Assembly (NCBI GenBank): GCA_964361705.1
Contig: CAYIBP010000002.1
Coordinates: forward strand, 12,435 to 76,434
Source of the DNA: an uncultured Candidatus Saccharibacteria bacterium
GTDB lineage: Bacteria > Patescibacteriota > Minisyncoccia > Phycocordibacterales > UBA9973
DNA: 64,000 nt
Direction of reading: 5' to 3'
Shown here: piece by piece, positions 18,223 through 27,106 of the stretch
How positions within the stretch are numbered: the stretch's first letter is position 1
Layout of the letters: each line of letters begins with the position of its first letter
Notes under the pieces: model-generated
Told to the model about the DNA's origin: nothing
The model's input: the letters and a program-made list of their open reading frames with translations, nothing else
The model's database searches: none
Position numbers and translations under genes: made by a program

Positions 18223-20211
18223 TTAAATTTCCGAGTCGTCCTCAATATCTTTTACGAGTGTCATTAATTTACCAACCTCTCTATCTTGATCAAGAAAAGC
18301 AGAATATTGCTTATAGGCATTATTTATAAGTTCTTGATATAGAACAACTCGAATTTTTGCAGCCTTGAGTATCTCTATGGATTGGTTTGTGTCTTTTTCA
18401 TCATTCCATTCCTGAAGCTTTTCTCCAACAATACAAATACATTCAATTGGCTCATTTCCACTTCCAATTTTATCCAGTAACTTCTGTAGAGCGGACTGGT
18501 ATTTTTGTAGTTGATCCACTATTTCAGTAGTTCGAAGGATTCGATTTGATCTCTTGAGCTCAATAATGATATGTTTGCCTGCAGAATTTTTATATTTAAT
18601 ATCAATTCGTCCCTTCTTTTCCTCATCTGTTAATTTTGCATCGATTTTACCAAATGCACTTTTGACTGTTTTCTCCATTACAGGTGTCTCGGTTGCTCTG
18701 TCCCACGCAGAATCAAGAAGCCATAAATTTTCGTATAAATGTTTTTGAACCAATTTCTCCAGAGCATTTGAAGTTACTTTATCTTCAAGCTTCTTTATAA
18801 TTTCAATTCGAGCCCTAACGATTTGGTGATACAAAGTAGCCTCAATATCATTATGTTCAGCAAAGAGTTCACTAAATAAGGCTATGTTTTCGGGAGTGAT
18901 ACGATCAAGTGCTTCAAGATTTTCCTTATATCTAAGGCTTTCAAAGGCCAGTACAGCATGTTTAAATAATGTCTTTTTTTCACTTTCTTCAATAGTAAAC
19001 TGATTGATTTTCCCAAACAAATCTTCGGCGCGCTTTTTAGTTGGTTTCTTCAACGTATCAAACCAACTCTTAATAGCTTTATTTTTAAGAGCTTCTTTGA
19101 CCCCAATTTCTTTTCTATTTTCAGTCCATTGTTTTTGGATATGTTTTAACTCTTTTTGTACAAAAACTTGAAGTGCTTTATAACGGTCAGCATCTTTATT
19201 TATTTCTTGTCTATTTGTTGTTGCAATATCTTCCTCATTATCAAGGTCAAGAAAATCAGCATGAATTTCTCCTATTAAATATTTAGTATATACGCCACCT
19301 TCTGAAAAATCTTCAATAATATCTTCTTGTGCAAGTTTGCCGCGAACCATAACTACAATTTTATTTATATTTTCATCTTCATCCTTTAAATCACCTGAAC
19401 CAGTTACTGTACCTATCCAACCACTAACTTTGTATTTTTTACCAGAAACAATGATTTCATTTGACCGTTTTTCTTTCTTAAGTAGTTTTGTTTTGTCGCA
19501 AAGATCTGAATATTTTTTACTATCGTCACCGAAATACCAAATGTACTGAATTTTATGAAAATAATCACGATCAGTAACCTTCACTTCTCCGCCATCAATT
19601 TTTACAGAAAAATTATACTCCTTACCTAATACACTGAACCTTCTTGCAATTCTTTTCTTTAGAGCTGGTACAGTTGCTTTTGTAATGCTTTTTTTTAGTT
19701 GAACTAGGGTAATTTTTGTTCCACTGCTTGTTAATGTAATTTTATTATCTTCCACAGGGTCAGGATTGTATTCCTTTTCAGCAGTTTTACCGTCAAGAAG
19801 TTCCATGATTTTTTCATGAGATAGGATCAAGCCGTTTTTTTCTTTACCATTGTTAGTTTCAATAGTTGCCTTATTTGCAATTGAAAATAGAGATAATTTC
19901 CCGATACCTTTTCTACCCATAACACTTCTTTTGTATCTTGGAGTTTTACTAACTTCTTTCCTTTTTTCGTAACCAACAAAAAGATATCTCTTATTAATAT
20001 CTGCCAAAGACATCCCTTGTCCATTATCTTCAAGAACAATTGAATCCTTCTCAATATTTATGCTTACTTCACTCGCATCGGCATCCCATGAATTTGCGAT
20101 TATCTCTGATAAAACCGAAGGGATGTTGCTGTAAAGCTTGATACCGAGTTGGTTCAAGACGTTCAATCCGATGGTCATTTTATATTTTGGATCAATGGGT
20201 ATTTTAGTCAT
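18223..20211 (-). CDS. GHKL (HATPase_c, MORC/MutL-like) ATPase with a C-terminal PD-(D/E)xK-like nuclease domain. Putative restriction component.
   Basis: Bergerat-fold motifs EIIANSWDA (N-box), DNGQGM (G1) and GRKGIGKLSLF (G2). C-terminus DIKYKNSAGKHIIIELKRS. Confidence 0.7.
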   Translation of the reverse strand: MTKIPIDPKYKMTIGLNVLNQLGIKLYSNIPSVLSEIIANSWDADASEVSINIEKDSIVLEDNGQGMSLADINKRYLFVGYEKRKEVSKTPRYKRSVMGRKGIGKLSLFSIANKATIETNNGKEKNGLILSHEKIMELLDGKTAEKEYNPDPVEDNKITLTSSGTKITLVQLKKSITKATVPALKKRIARRFSVLGKEYNFSVKIDGGEVKVTDRDYFHKIQYIWYFGDDSKKYSDLCDKTKLLKKEKRSNEIIVSGKKYKVSGWIGTVTGSGDLKDEDENINKIVVMVRGKLAQEDIIEDFSEGGVYTKYLIGEIHADFLDLDNEEDIATTNRQEINKDADRYKALQVFVQKELKHIQKQWTENRKEIGVKEALKNKAIKSWFDTLKKPTKKRAEDLFGKINQFTIEESEKKTLFKHAVLAFESLRYKENLEALDRITPENIALFSELFAEHNDIEATLYHQIVRARIEIIKKLEDKVTSNALEKLVQKHLYENLWLLDSAWDRATETPVMEKTVKSAFGKIDAKLTDEEKKGRIDIKYKNSAGKHIIIELKRSNRILRTTEIVDQLQKYQSALQKLLDKIGSGNEPIECICIVGEKLQEWNDEKDTNQSIEILKAAKIRVVLYQELINNAYKQYSAFLDQDREVGKLMTLVKDIEDDSEI

Positions 20212-21277
20212 AGATGTTTACGTGCTCCTTTATACTTCTTCCAATAATAGACCCGAGTCTTACTGGCACAGCATTGCCGATAAATTTAGCAACCTTGCCT
20301 ATTTGAATTGGTTTTGTTGGATCTGAAAATTGATATTTTTGAGGAAATGTTTGAAATATAGCTGCTTCTCTCAAGCTTATTGCTCTATCTTGTGTTGGAT
20401 GCCCATATCTGCCATTTCCAAGACCCACACATTGTGTTGTCATGGTTGGCGAAGGTTCGTCCCAGCGCATACGACCGTAAACAGAACCGCGATAAGTTTT
20501 TCCTGATTTTTTTTTATGACATTCTAGTATTAATTCTTCGCTCCAGCTTTCTGAATTACCTCCATCGTGAGGAGTAGCTTTTATTCTTTTTAGATTAATA
20601 GGAGCAAGTTTTCTTGATCGATGCAATGGGTCTCTTTTACTAATTTCTCCATTTTTAATAGGCTCTAAGTGTGTAATGACATCACGAACAGTTACCCGCT
20701 TGTTTTTATGTGTTCTTTTAATTAATTGAATTTCACCAAATTTAGAAGCAAGTAATACAAGTCTTCTCCTTTTTTGTGGTACTCCAAATTCAGACACATC
20801 AACAATTTCGTATTTGTAATTATAATTGTTCTTATCAAGAACTCTCAAAAAGTTTGCAAACGCGGGGTATTTATTCTTAACAGCGAGATCACTGACATTT
20901 TCCATTGAAACAATATCTGGTTGGGTTTCAGAGATTAGCTGTGCAAATTTTCCTAATGGTTCAAGCTGTTTTTTTGTAATAGAATTAAGATTTAGTCTTG
21001 AGAATGGTTGACAAGGTGCACATCCTGCGAGCACTCGTATTGTTTCTTTTTTATCTCCAAATAACCTATCTATTTTTTCTGCTGTAACATTTAGAATATC
21101 TTCATCAATAAATTGTGTTTTATTATTGTATTCATACCCGAATTTACAGCTCGAATCATTATCAATTCCAGCCACTACATCAAGACCTTCTTTTATGAGT
21201 CCATGAGTTAGTCCTCCTATTCCACAAAATAAATCAATAACCTTTATTTTTGAAGATTGTAATTTCATTTGCATCAT
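20204..21277 (-). CDS. dcm: DNA (cytosine-5)-methyltransferase
   Basis: Motif I DLFCGIGG, motif IV PCQPFS and ENV. Overlaps the GHKL gene by 8 nt. Confidence 0.85.
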   Translation of the reverse strand: MMQMKLQSSKIKVIDLFCGIGGLTHGLIKEGLDVVAGIDNDSSCKFGYEYNNKTQFIDEDILNVTAEKIDRLFGDKKETIRVLAGCAPCQPFSRLNLNSITKKQLEPLGKFAQLISETQPDIVSMENVSDLAVKNKYPAFANFLRVLDKNNYNYKYEIVDVSEFGVPQKRRRLVLLASKFGEIQLIKRTHKNKRVTVRDVITHLEPIKNGEISKRDPLHRSRKLAPINLKRIKATPHDGGNSESWSEELILECHKKKSGKTYRGSVYGRMRWDEPSPTMTTQCVGLGNGRYGHPTQDRAISLREAAIFQTFPQKYQFSDPTKPIQIGKVAKFIGNAVPVRLGSIIGRSIKEHVNIYD

Positions 21278-21448
21278 AATTATATCATTTATATCTCTTA
21301 ATAAAAAGGGTATCTTTAGTAGACGGGGACCCTCAAACTTCCTAATTCTACTATGTTATTTTGGCCTTAATAGCTCTTTTGTTAGTTCAGGGATTCAATC
21401 AAGAGAAACCGAAAATGATTTGGGGGGTTAAAATTTTACTTGACTAAT

Positions 21449-21468
21449 AATAGGTGTTAAACACCTAT
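21449..21468. promoter_or_regulatory. Perfect 20-bp palindrome AATAGGTGTT|AACACCTATT, adjacent to a TTGACT hexamer, in the 525-bp ORF-free region upstream of dcm. Candidate operator.
   Basis: Read directly from the sequence. Lies 172 nt upstream of the dcm start, on the divergent side of the 21803 gene. Confidence 0.3.
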
Positions 21469-21802
21469 TAGGGTAATATTGAAAATGTCTTTTATTCCCT
21501 TTATTATTGCGTTATAGGGGCAAATGGCGTGTTAAGGTAGCTTGGGTCTATCATACGAAACACGGTTTTCCAGTTTAGAATCATACTTTCAATGGTGTTC
21601 CATTTGAGGTACAATGGGCTCACCAAATGAAACTTGGTAGTTGAAAAGAAACAGGACTATCTTTTCGGCTTCAGTCTGTTTTGTTTAAGCCTCCAATGCT
21701 ATAATCTCTCTAATGGAAATTATGCTAAAAAATTTAGGACTCATCGGAAACAATAGCACTTCTCACGACCACAATATTGGCAATAATTTATAAGAAAAAG
21801 AT

Positions 21803-22243
21803 ATGACACTTTCAACGCATTTTTTACTTGGTGCCATTATAGGAAAAGTGACAGGAAACTACGCAGTAGGCATTGCGTCTTCAGTACTTGTTGATATTGA
21901 CCATCTACAGTCTTATTTTACCCATGGACTTCTCTTGAAACCGAAGAAATTATGGAAAGCCCTTACCGACCAAGTAGACCCCTATAAAGACCAGAGAGGA
22001 ATACTACACAATGTGTTATTTTTTGGAGTTGTTGCTGCGGTTCTCATATTTCTTTTTCATAAAATAGGAATCATTATTGCTATAGGATGGTTTGGCCATT
22101 TATGTCTCGATGCCTTTGATAACTCTGATTATTATCCGCTCTACCCAAATATGTCAATTAACATTCGAGGTCCTATTAAATACGGAACATTACAAGAACT
22201 TATATTCTTCCTGGTTCTTGTAGTTGTTTATTTTGTTATTTAA
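21803..22243 (+). CDS. Membrane-bound metal-dependent hydrolase (DUF457/YdjM-like)
   Basis: LLGAIIG...VDIDHL...GHLCLD His/Asp-rich TM segments. Confidence 0.55.
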   Translation: MTLSTHFLLGAIIGKVTGNYAVGIASSVLVDIDHLQSYFTHGLLLKPKKLWKALTDQVDPYKDQRGILHNVLFFGVVAAVLIFLFHKIGIIIAIGWFGHLCLDAFDNSDYYPLYPNMSINIRGPIKYGTLQELIFFLVLVVVYFVI

Positions 22244-22274
22244 GTTGTGATAATTAACAGTGTCCTATAACTAA

Positions 22275-22718
22275 TTGAGTAAATACTATTTCTTTGTTAT
22301 TCATTTAGACAAGGTTTACTACCCAAATCCATTTAGCTGGAAACATATAGAAAACCGAGATGAATGGAAACAGAAAGTCCGAGAGTTGGTGTCTAGTGAC
22401 AGATGGATTATTGATGGTCATTACAATAGTACTTTGAATATTCGAGTACCTCGAGCAAATACTATTATTTTCTTTAATTTTAATAAAATTTTGTGTCTCT
22501 ATAGAGTATGCAAAAGAGCGATGAATAAAACCCAACCATTTGATAAAGCAGAGGGCAATTTTAATCGTCTATCTTGGAATCTTATAAAAAAGATAATAAT
22601 CTTTTCTCAAAAGAAAGTTTGGGGGCATTTGGAACCTCACAAAGATACAAAGAAAATATATGTGGTACATAACAGCAAAGAGACAGAAAAGCTACTGCTC
22701 GAGTTGATTGAAAATTAG
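22275..22718 (+). pseudogene. 5'-truncated FlaR-like (topology-modulation / AAA P-loop kinase-like) gene lacking the Walker A region
   Basis: FVIHLDKVYYPNPFSW...DRWIIDGHYNSTLNIRVPRANTIIFFNFNKILCLYRVCKR matches the distal part of the FlaR family. The in-frame stop TAA at 22272-22274 and a TTG start leave no room for the P-loop. Confidence 0.5.
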
Positions 22719-23212
22719 AGAATCTTTTCTAAAAATATCCTATGTTCTTTTACCGTATTCTCCGGTATTTCTTTAAAGAATCTTAAATCTCGTGCGTTTT
22801 CGTCTTTTCTTAATTCTCCGCCCAAAATGCTGGTTTCAAGCACTATGCTGATAGTGTGGACTTCGCCTCTTATGCTTGGATCTTTTTTTGCGTTTCGTGC
22901 TTCGTGAGGAAACTCCATATAGCCGAGGCATTTTTCAAATTTCACATCGAGACCTGCCTCTGCCTTTGCTACACGAACAACTGCATCACTTATCAGTTCT
23001 TCTTTGTATACAGTGCCACCTATTAGATTCCACTCATTGAGACAAGGTTCTTCATTTCTTAGAGCAAACAAAATACCATCATCTGATTTTATAACCAAAT
23101 CAACATTGAGACGTGGTACTCTGGTATAAATCTGGAAAAATTCTTCGTCGCTTAGATAATTTTTATGCATACAGGATTTTAGCACAAAACATTTATGCTT
23201 TGCAAAATTCAT
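22715..23212 (-). CDS. NUDIX hydrolase
   Basis: Nudix box GGTVYKEELISDAVVRVAKAEAGL. Confidence 0.75.
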   Translation of the reverse strand: MNFAKHKCFVLKSCMHKNYLSDEEFFQIYTRVPRLNVDLVIKSDDGILFALRNEEPCLNEWNLIGGTVYKEELISDAVVRVAKAEAGLDVKFEKCLGYMEFPHEARNAKKDPSIRGEVHTISIVLETSILGGELRKDENARDLRFFKEIPENTVKEHRIFLEKIL

Positions 23213-23343
23213 ACTGCTATGATTATGGCGCGGTCGTGTGTTAATAATAGTAATAGTAATTGAATTTAGTAATTTAATTTATCTAGTAAAAATTACTTCA
23301 GATAGCTATCAAACCAAATAGCGTGGTATCGGTAAAGTTAATT

Positions 23344-23832
23344 TCATTCTAAATAACTACTAAACCATATAGCATGACAAGTATACCCACCCGGATTCTT
23401 TTGTAAATAATCCTGATGATAATCTTCGGCCTCGTAAAATCTAGTAAAGGGTTCGAGTGTGGTCACTACAGGGTTTGACCAGCGTTTGCTATCATTGACT
23501 ATTTTTATAAAATCTTCGGCTTCTTTTCTTTCTTGTTCGTTTGCGTAAAATACCGCCGAACGATATGAAGTACCACGGTCATTACCTTGTTGATTTAGCG
23601 TAGTAGGGTTGTGTATTTGAAAAAAGAAATCTAAAAGTTTCTTGTATGAAGTTTTCGTATCGTCATACGATATCTCTACCGCTTCTGCATGACCTTCGTG
23701 ATTTTCATAAGTCGGATTTTCAATACTACCACCTGTATATCCTACGCGCGTTTTTACAACACCATACTGACTCCTGATCAAATCTTGTAAACCCCAAAAA
23801 CATCCTCCTGCAAATATTGCTTTTTTTAACAT
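23344..23832 (-). CDS. msrA: Peptide methionine sulfoxide reductase MsrA
   Basis: [10 protein letters not shown] active-site motif. Confidence 0.9.
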   Translation of the reverse strand: MLKKAIFAGGCFWGLQDLIRSQYGVVKTRVGYTGGSIENPTYENHEGHAEAVEISYDDTKTSYKKLLDFFFQIHNPTTLNQQGNDRGTSYRSAVFYANEQERKEAEDFIKIVNDSKRWSNPVVTTLEPFTRFYEAEDYHQDYLQKNPGGYTCHAIWFSSYLE

Positions 23833-23884
23833 AATTTTATATCTATAATCTCTGAATTACAAAATTTCAAAAAATTTAGAAAAT

Positions 23885-23957
23885 ATGCCCATAGGATTCT
23901 TCGCTACGACCACAGAGCACTTGCCCTTCCAGGACTTGTGAGAACGACAGTGGGCAT
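23885..23957 (-). other. Conserved ~73-nt structured intergenic element, copy A (between murF and msrA). Family member with 57626-57699.
   Basis: Shares the cores TTCGCTAC, ACTTGCCCTTCCAGGAC and GAACGAC with copy B. The outer 7-bp stem ATGCCCA/TGGGCAT covaries with ATTCTC/GAGAAT in copy B. U-rich flanks. Confidence 0.4.
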
Positions 23958-24072
23958 GTTTTTAAATTTTTTGGGGTTTTGTAATTCAGAGTATAATATG
24001 TTATCTTTTAATTCGGAATTAACGTGAACATCAAAGAGTAGTTGATCGCATAGTGTGAAAACTACTCTTTTT

Positions 24073-25374
24073 TTATTTCTTTTTCAACCACTCTTCATCC
24101 TGACGCACTAGAAGCTTGGATTTGTTTTTTTTGTTTGTTGGTGAAAGTATTGCTTCTACGGCGCGTTCCATGCGGACGCCTTGCGAACCTTTAATCAAAA
24201 CAAAATCCCCTTCTGATACGAAGGTCTTTAAAAACTTTCCAGCTTCAGTTGAATTTAAAAATTCAAAAATATTCTTATTCTTCATACCCCTATCCAGTGC
24301 GCCTTCTTTTATCTTCTGCGCCCTAGGTCCCACAACCACGAGAATATTCACATTTTCTTTTGCAACCTTGCCCATATCTCTATGCGACTCTTCTGTGTGC
24401 TTGCCGAGTTCAAGCATATCTCCGAGTACTGCTATCTTGCGACCTGTAGTTTTGATCTCGCCTAAAGTTCTAAGCGCTGATTCACAAGCAAAAGGAGAAG
24501 AATTATAGGTATCATCTATTATAAAAGATTTATTGATTCCTTTTAAAAGTCTCATCCTTCCAACTGGAACACTATAGTCTTTGAGCCTATCAACAGCATC
24601 AACGATATTCCATTTTAAAGCATGAGCAAGAGCAAGCGCTCCAAAAGATGCATAAATATGGTTCCTGCCAAAAACCCCTTCTACTATCACAGGCAAACTA
24701 CTGCCATTTTGATCAATTCTAAAAACTATCCCTTCAGGTACTCCTTTTTTATTATAAAAAATATTTTCCTCGGAACCTCTAATATCAGAATCCTCTTTGA
24801 ATCCAAAAGTGACTATCCTGTTTTTTGTTTTTGAACTCATCTCTCTTACCGCTTCATCGTCATTGTTTAAAATTAAAACACCATCGCTCTTCAAAGTTTT
24901 TATAAGAGTACTTTTTTCTTCTATCAAATGTTTGCGGGAATCAAAAAATTCTATATGCGCTGGAGTAGAACCGATAGTAGTAATAATCACAACATCTGTT
25001 TTAAGCCATAACGCTGTAGCTTTCATGTCTCCGGGTTTACCCACTCCGACTTCAAGCACAAGCCATTTTGGATATTTATGTGGCCAAAGAAAAAGCCATA
25101 GACCTTTAAAAATATTTGATATCCAAACTAAAGGATTATTCCAACCATTCGGACATCCAAGTATCGTAAGAGGCAATCCTATCTGGCTGTTGTAACTCTT
25201 TTCACTTTTACGCACATAAGATACTCCACTGACCACGGCATACACAGCGTCTTTGGTAGAAGTCTTGCCTACTGATCCGGTAATAGCCACGATTTTTGGT
25301 TTGTATTTGGCAAGCACAAGCTCACACTCCAAACGCAATATATACGCTACTATTTTTCTAAAAAGCGTTTTCAT
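24073..25374 (-). CDS. murF: UDP-MurNAc-tripeptide--D-Ala-D-Ala ligase
   Basis: AITGSVGKTSTKD P-loop, Mur ligase middle and C-terminal domains. Confidence 0.85.
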   Translation of the reverse strand: MKTLFRKIVAYILRLECELVLAKYKPKIVAITGSVGKTSTKDAVYAVVSGVSYVRKSEKSYNSQIGLPLTILGCPNGWNNPLVWISNIFKGLWLFLWPHKYPKWLVLEVGVGKPGDMKATALWLKTDVVIITTIGSTPAHIEFFDSRKHLIEEKSTLIKTLKSDGVLILNNDDEAVREMSSKTKNRIVTFGFKEDSDIRGSEENIFYNKKGVPEGIVFRIDQNGSSLPVIVEGVFGRNHIYASFGALALAHALKWNIVDAVDRLKDYSVPVGRMRLLKGINKSFIIDDTYNSSPFACESALRTLGEIKTTGRKIAVLGDMLELGKHTEESHRDMGKVAKENVNILVVVGPRAQKIKEGALDRGMKNKNIFEFLNSTEAGKFLKTFVSEGDFVLIKGSQGVRMERAVEAILSPTNKKNKSKLLVRQDEEWLKKK

Positions 25375-25384
25375 ATTTCAAGAT

Positions 25385-27106
25385 TTATCTATCTGGAATA
25401 ACTTGATAATAACTAATAAGGAATTTAGAAAGACTAAGGAATGGATCTGTCCAAGTCTCTGCGGCGTAAAGCACACCTTTGGGATTCACTGCATAAAGCA
25501 AAATTATAAACTTGGGATCATAAGCTGGAAAATATCCAAAAAACGAATGCATGTGCCTGTCCTCATAATAACCTCCCCCATTCGGATTCGCAATCTGCGC
25601 TGTGCCTGTTTTTACTGCTATGCTGTAATTTTCTAGATTTGCCTTTTTGTTTTGCACGAGTTTGTCCATCACATTCACAAGCATTCTGGTAGTTTCCATG
25701 GCGGTAGCCGAAGATATTTTAGTTGGAGTATTTAAATAATCCAACTTTTTTTCTAAACCGCTTTCTAATTTGATTTTACTTGCTATATGAGGAGTAACCA
25801 AAAGACCTCCATTTGCAAGAGTCGCAAGCGCGCGTATTGTAGAGAAAGGAGACAAAGCTATACCTTGTCCGAATGCGGCATTCGCATATTCGAGATCACG
25901 AGGACTGTTTAAAATATTGGAAATAAGTCCCTTGGTATCGTTGGGCAGATCTATGCCTGATTTTTCATTTATACCAAAAGAAAGCATATAATCCCGCATT
26001 TTATCTTTGCCTAATTTTTTATACACAAAAACCATACCTGTATTTAGGGATTGGGTGAGCACTTCTTGCATATTTACAACTCCTCTGCCTTTTTTGTCAA
26101 AGTTATATATTTCTTTATCTTCAACTATCACGAAACCTTTGTCATCGTATTTAGTCTCGGAAGTTACTACTCCGGCATCAATAGCAGAAGCCATCACCAA
26201 GGGTTTGATCACAGAGCCGAACTCATATACATTTTCTGCCAGAGGATTTGCGAAAACATAAACATCTTTTTCTTTTGAGAAATTATTTACATCAAAATCT
26301 GGCTTAACAGAAAGCGCGTACATTGAACCATCTTTTGGATTCATTATGATTCCACCTAAAGTGTCAATTTTACGCTTTTCTTTTACATCATTTAACATTT
26401 TTTCTAAAAACCCCTGCACTTCTGGTTCTATGGTGGTTATCAGATCGCCTTCTTTAACTTCTTTATCAAAAAAAGTATCATTGATATTTGAAAAAACTTC
26501 AGCGAAGAAATTAATATATGGATCGTCTTTACCCCTTGCCAAGGTTTTGTCGTATTGCCTTTCGAGTCCGTATCTGCCGGCAAGTTCGTTTTCTTTATAT
26601 GCCACAAATCCCAAGGACTGCGAAGCTAAGTTTTCTCCCGGATAGAATCGCCATTTCTCTTTAAAAATAGACACACCTGAAATTTTCAAAGAAGAAATCT
26701 GGTCAGCTTGTGTTTTGGTCAAACGAGTAGCGATCTCTTCATACGGATCACCTGCCTTGTTTGCTTTGGCAAAAAAATCGTCTTTGTTTAAAGAAATTAC
26801 CTGTGAAAGCTTTTCATAAGATAAATCTTTATTTAAAATTTTACCTGGATTAATGGCGACTTTATACCCCGTGGATTGAGTGGCGGCATAAACTAGCTGA
26901 CCGTCTTTACTAGAAAAATAAATAGTGCCCCTTTCAAACAAAGAAGAAGAAGGAGTTGAATATTGTCTGTCAGCGCGCTCTTTGTATGACTCGTTGTGCA
27001 CTATCTGAACTAAAAAAAGCTTGCTAAGCAAAGCAAAGGCAAACAATACAAACAAACAAAACACGATTCTACTTCTTAAAAGAAAACTATAATTCATTTT
27101 GGGCAA
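25385..27106 (-). CDS. ftsI: Penicillin-binding protein 2 / FtsI transpeptidase
   Basis: N-terminal TM. Motifs SVIKP (SxxK), SLN (SxN) and KTGTA (KTG). Confidence 0.85.
   Translation of the reverse strand: MPKMNYSFLLRSRIVFCLFVLFAFALLSKLFLVQIVHNESYKERADRQYSTPSSSLFERGTIYFSSKDGQLVYAATQSTGYKVAINPGKILNKDLSYEKLSQVISLNKDDFFAKANKAGDPYEEIATRLTKTQADQISSLKISGVSIFKEKWRFYPGENLASQSLGFVAYKENELAGRYGLERQYDKTLARGKDDPYINFFAEVFSNINDTFFDKEVKEGDLITTIEPEVQGFLEKMLNDVKEKRKIDTLGGIIMNPKDGSMYALSVKPDFDVNNFSKEKDVYVFANPLAENVYEFGSVIKPLVMASAIDAGVVTSETKYDDKGFVIVEDKEIYNFDKKGRGVVNMQEVLTQSLNTGMVFVYKKLGKDKMRDYMLSFGINEKSGIDLPNDTKGLISNILNSPRDLEYANAAFGQGIALSPFSTIRALATLANGGLLVTPHIASKIKLESGLEKKLDYLNTPTKISSATAMETTRMLVNVMDKLVQNKKANLENYSIAVKTGTAQIANPNGGGYYEDRHMHSFFGYFPAYDPKFIILLYAVNPKGVLYAAETWTDPFLSLSKFLISYYQVIPDR

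Noticed and set aside
24116-26645. + strand ORFs inside murF and ftsI (for example 24116-24508, 24797-25195, 26346-26645).
   Set aside because: They are antisense to well-supported minus-strand genes and have no motifs.
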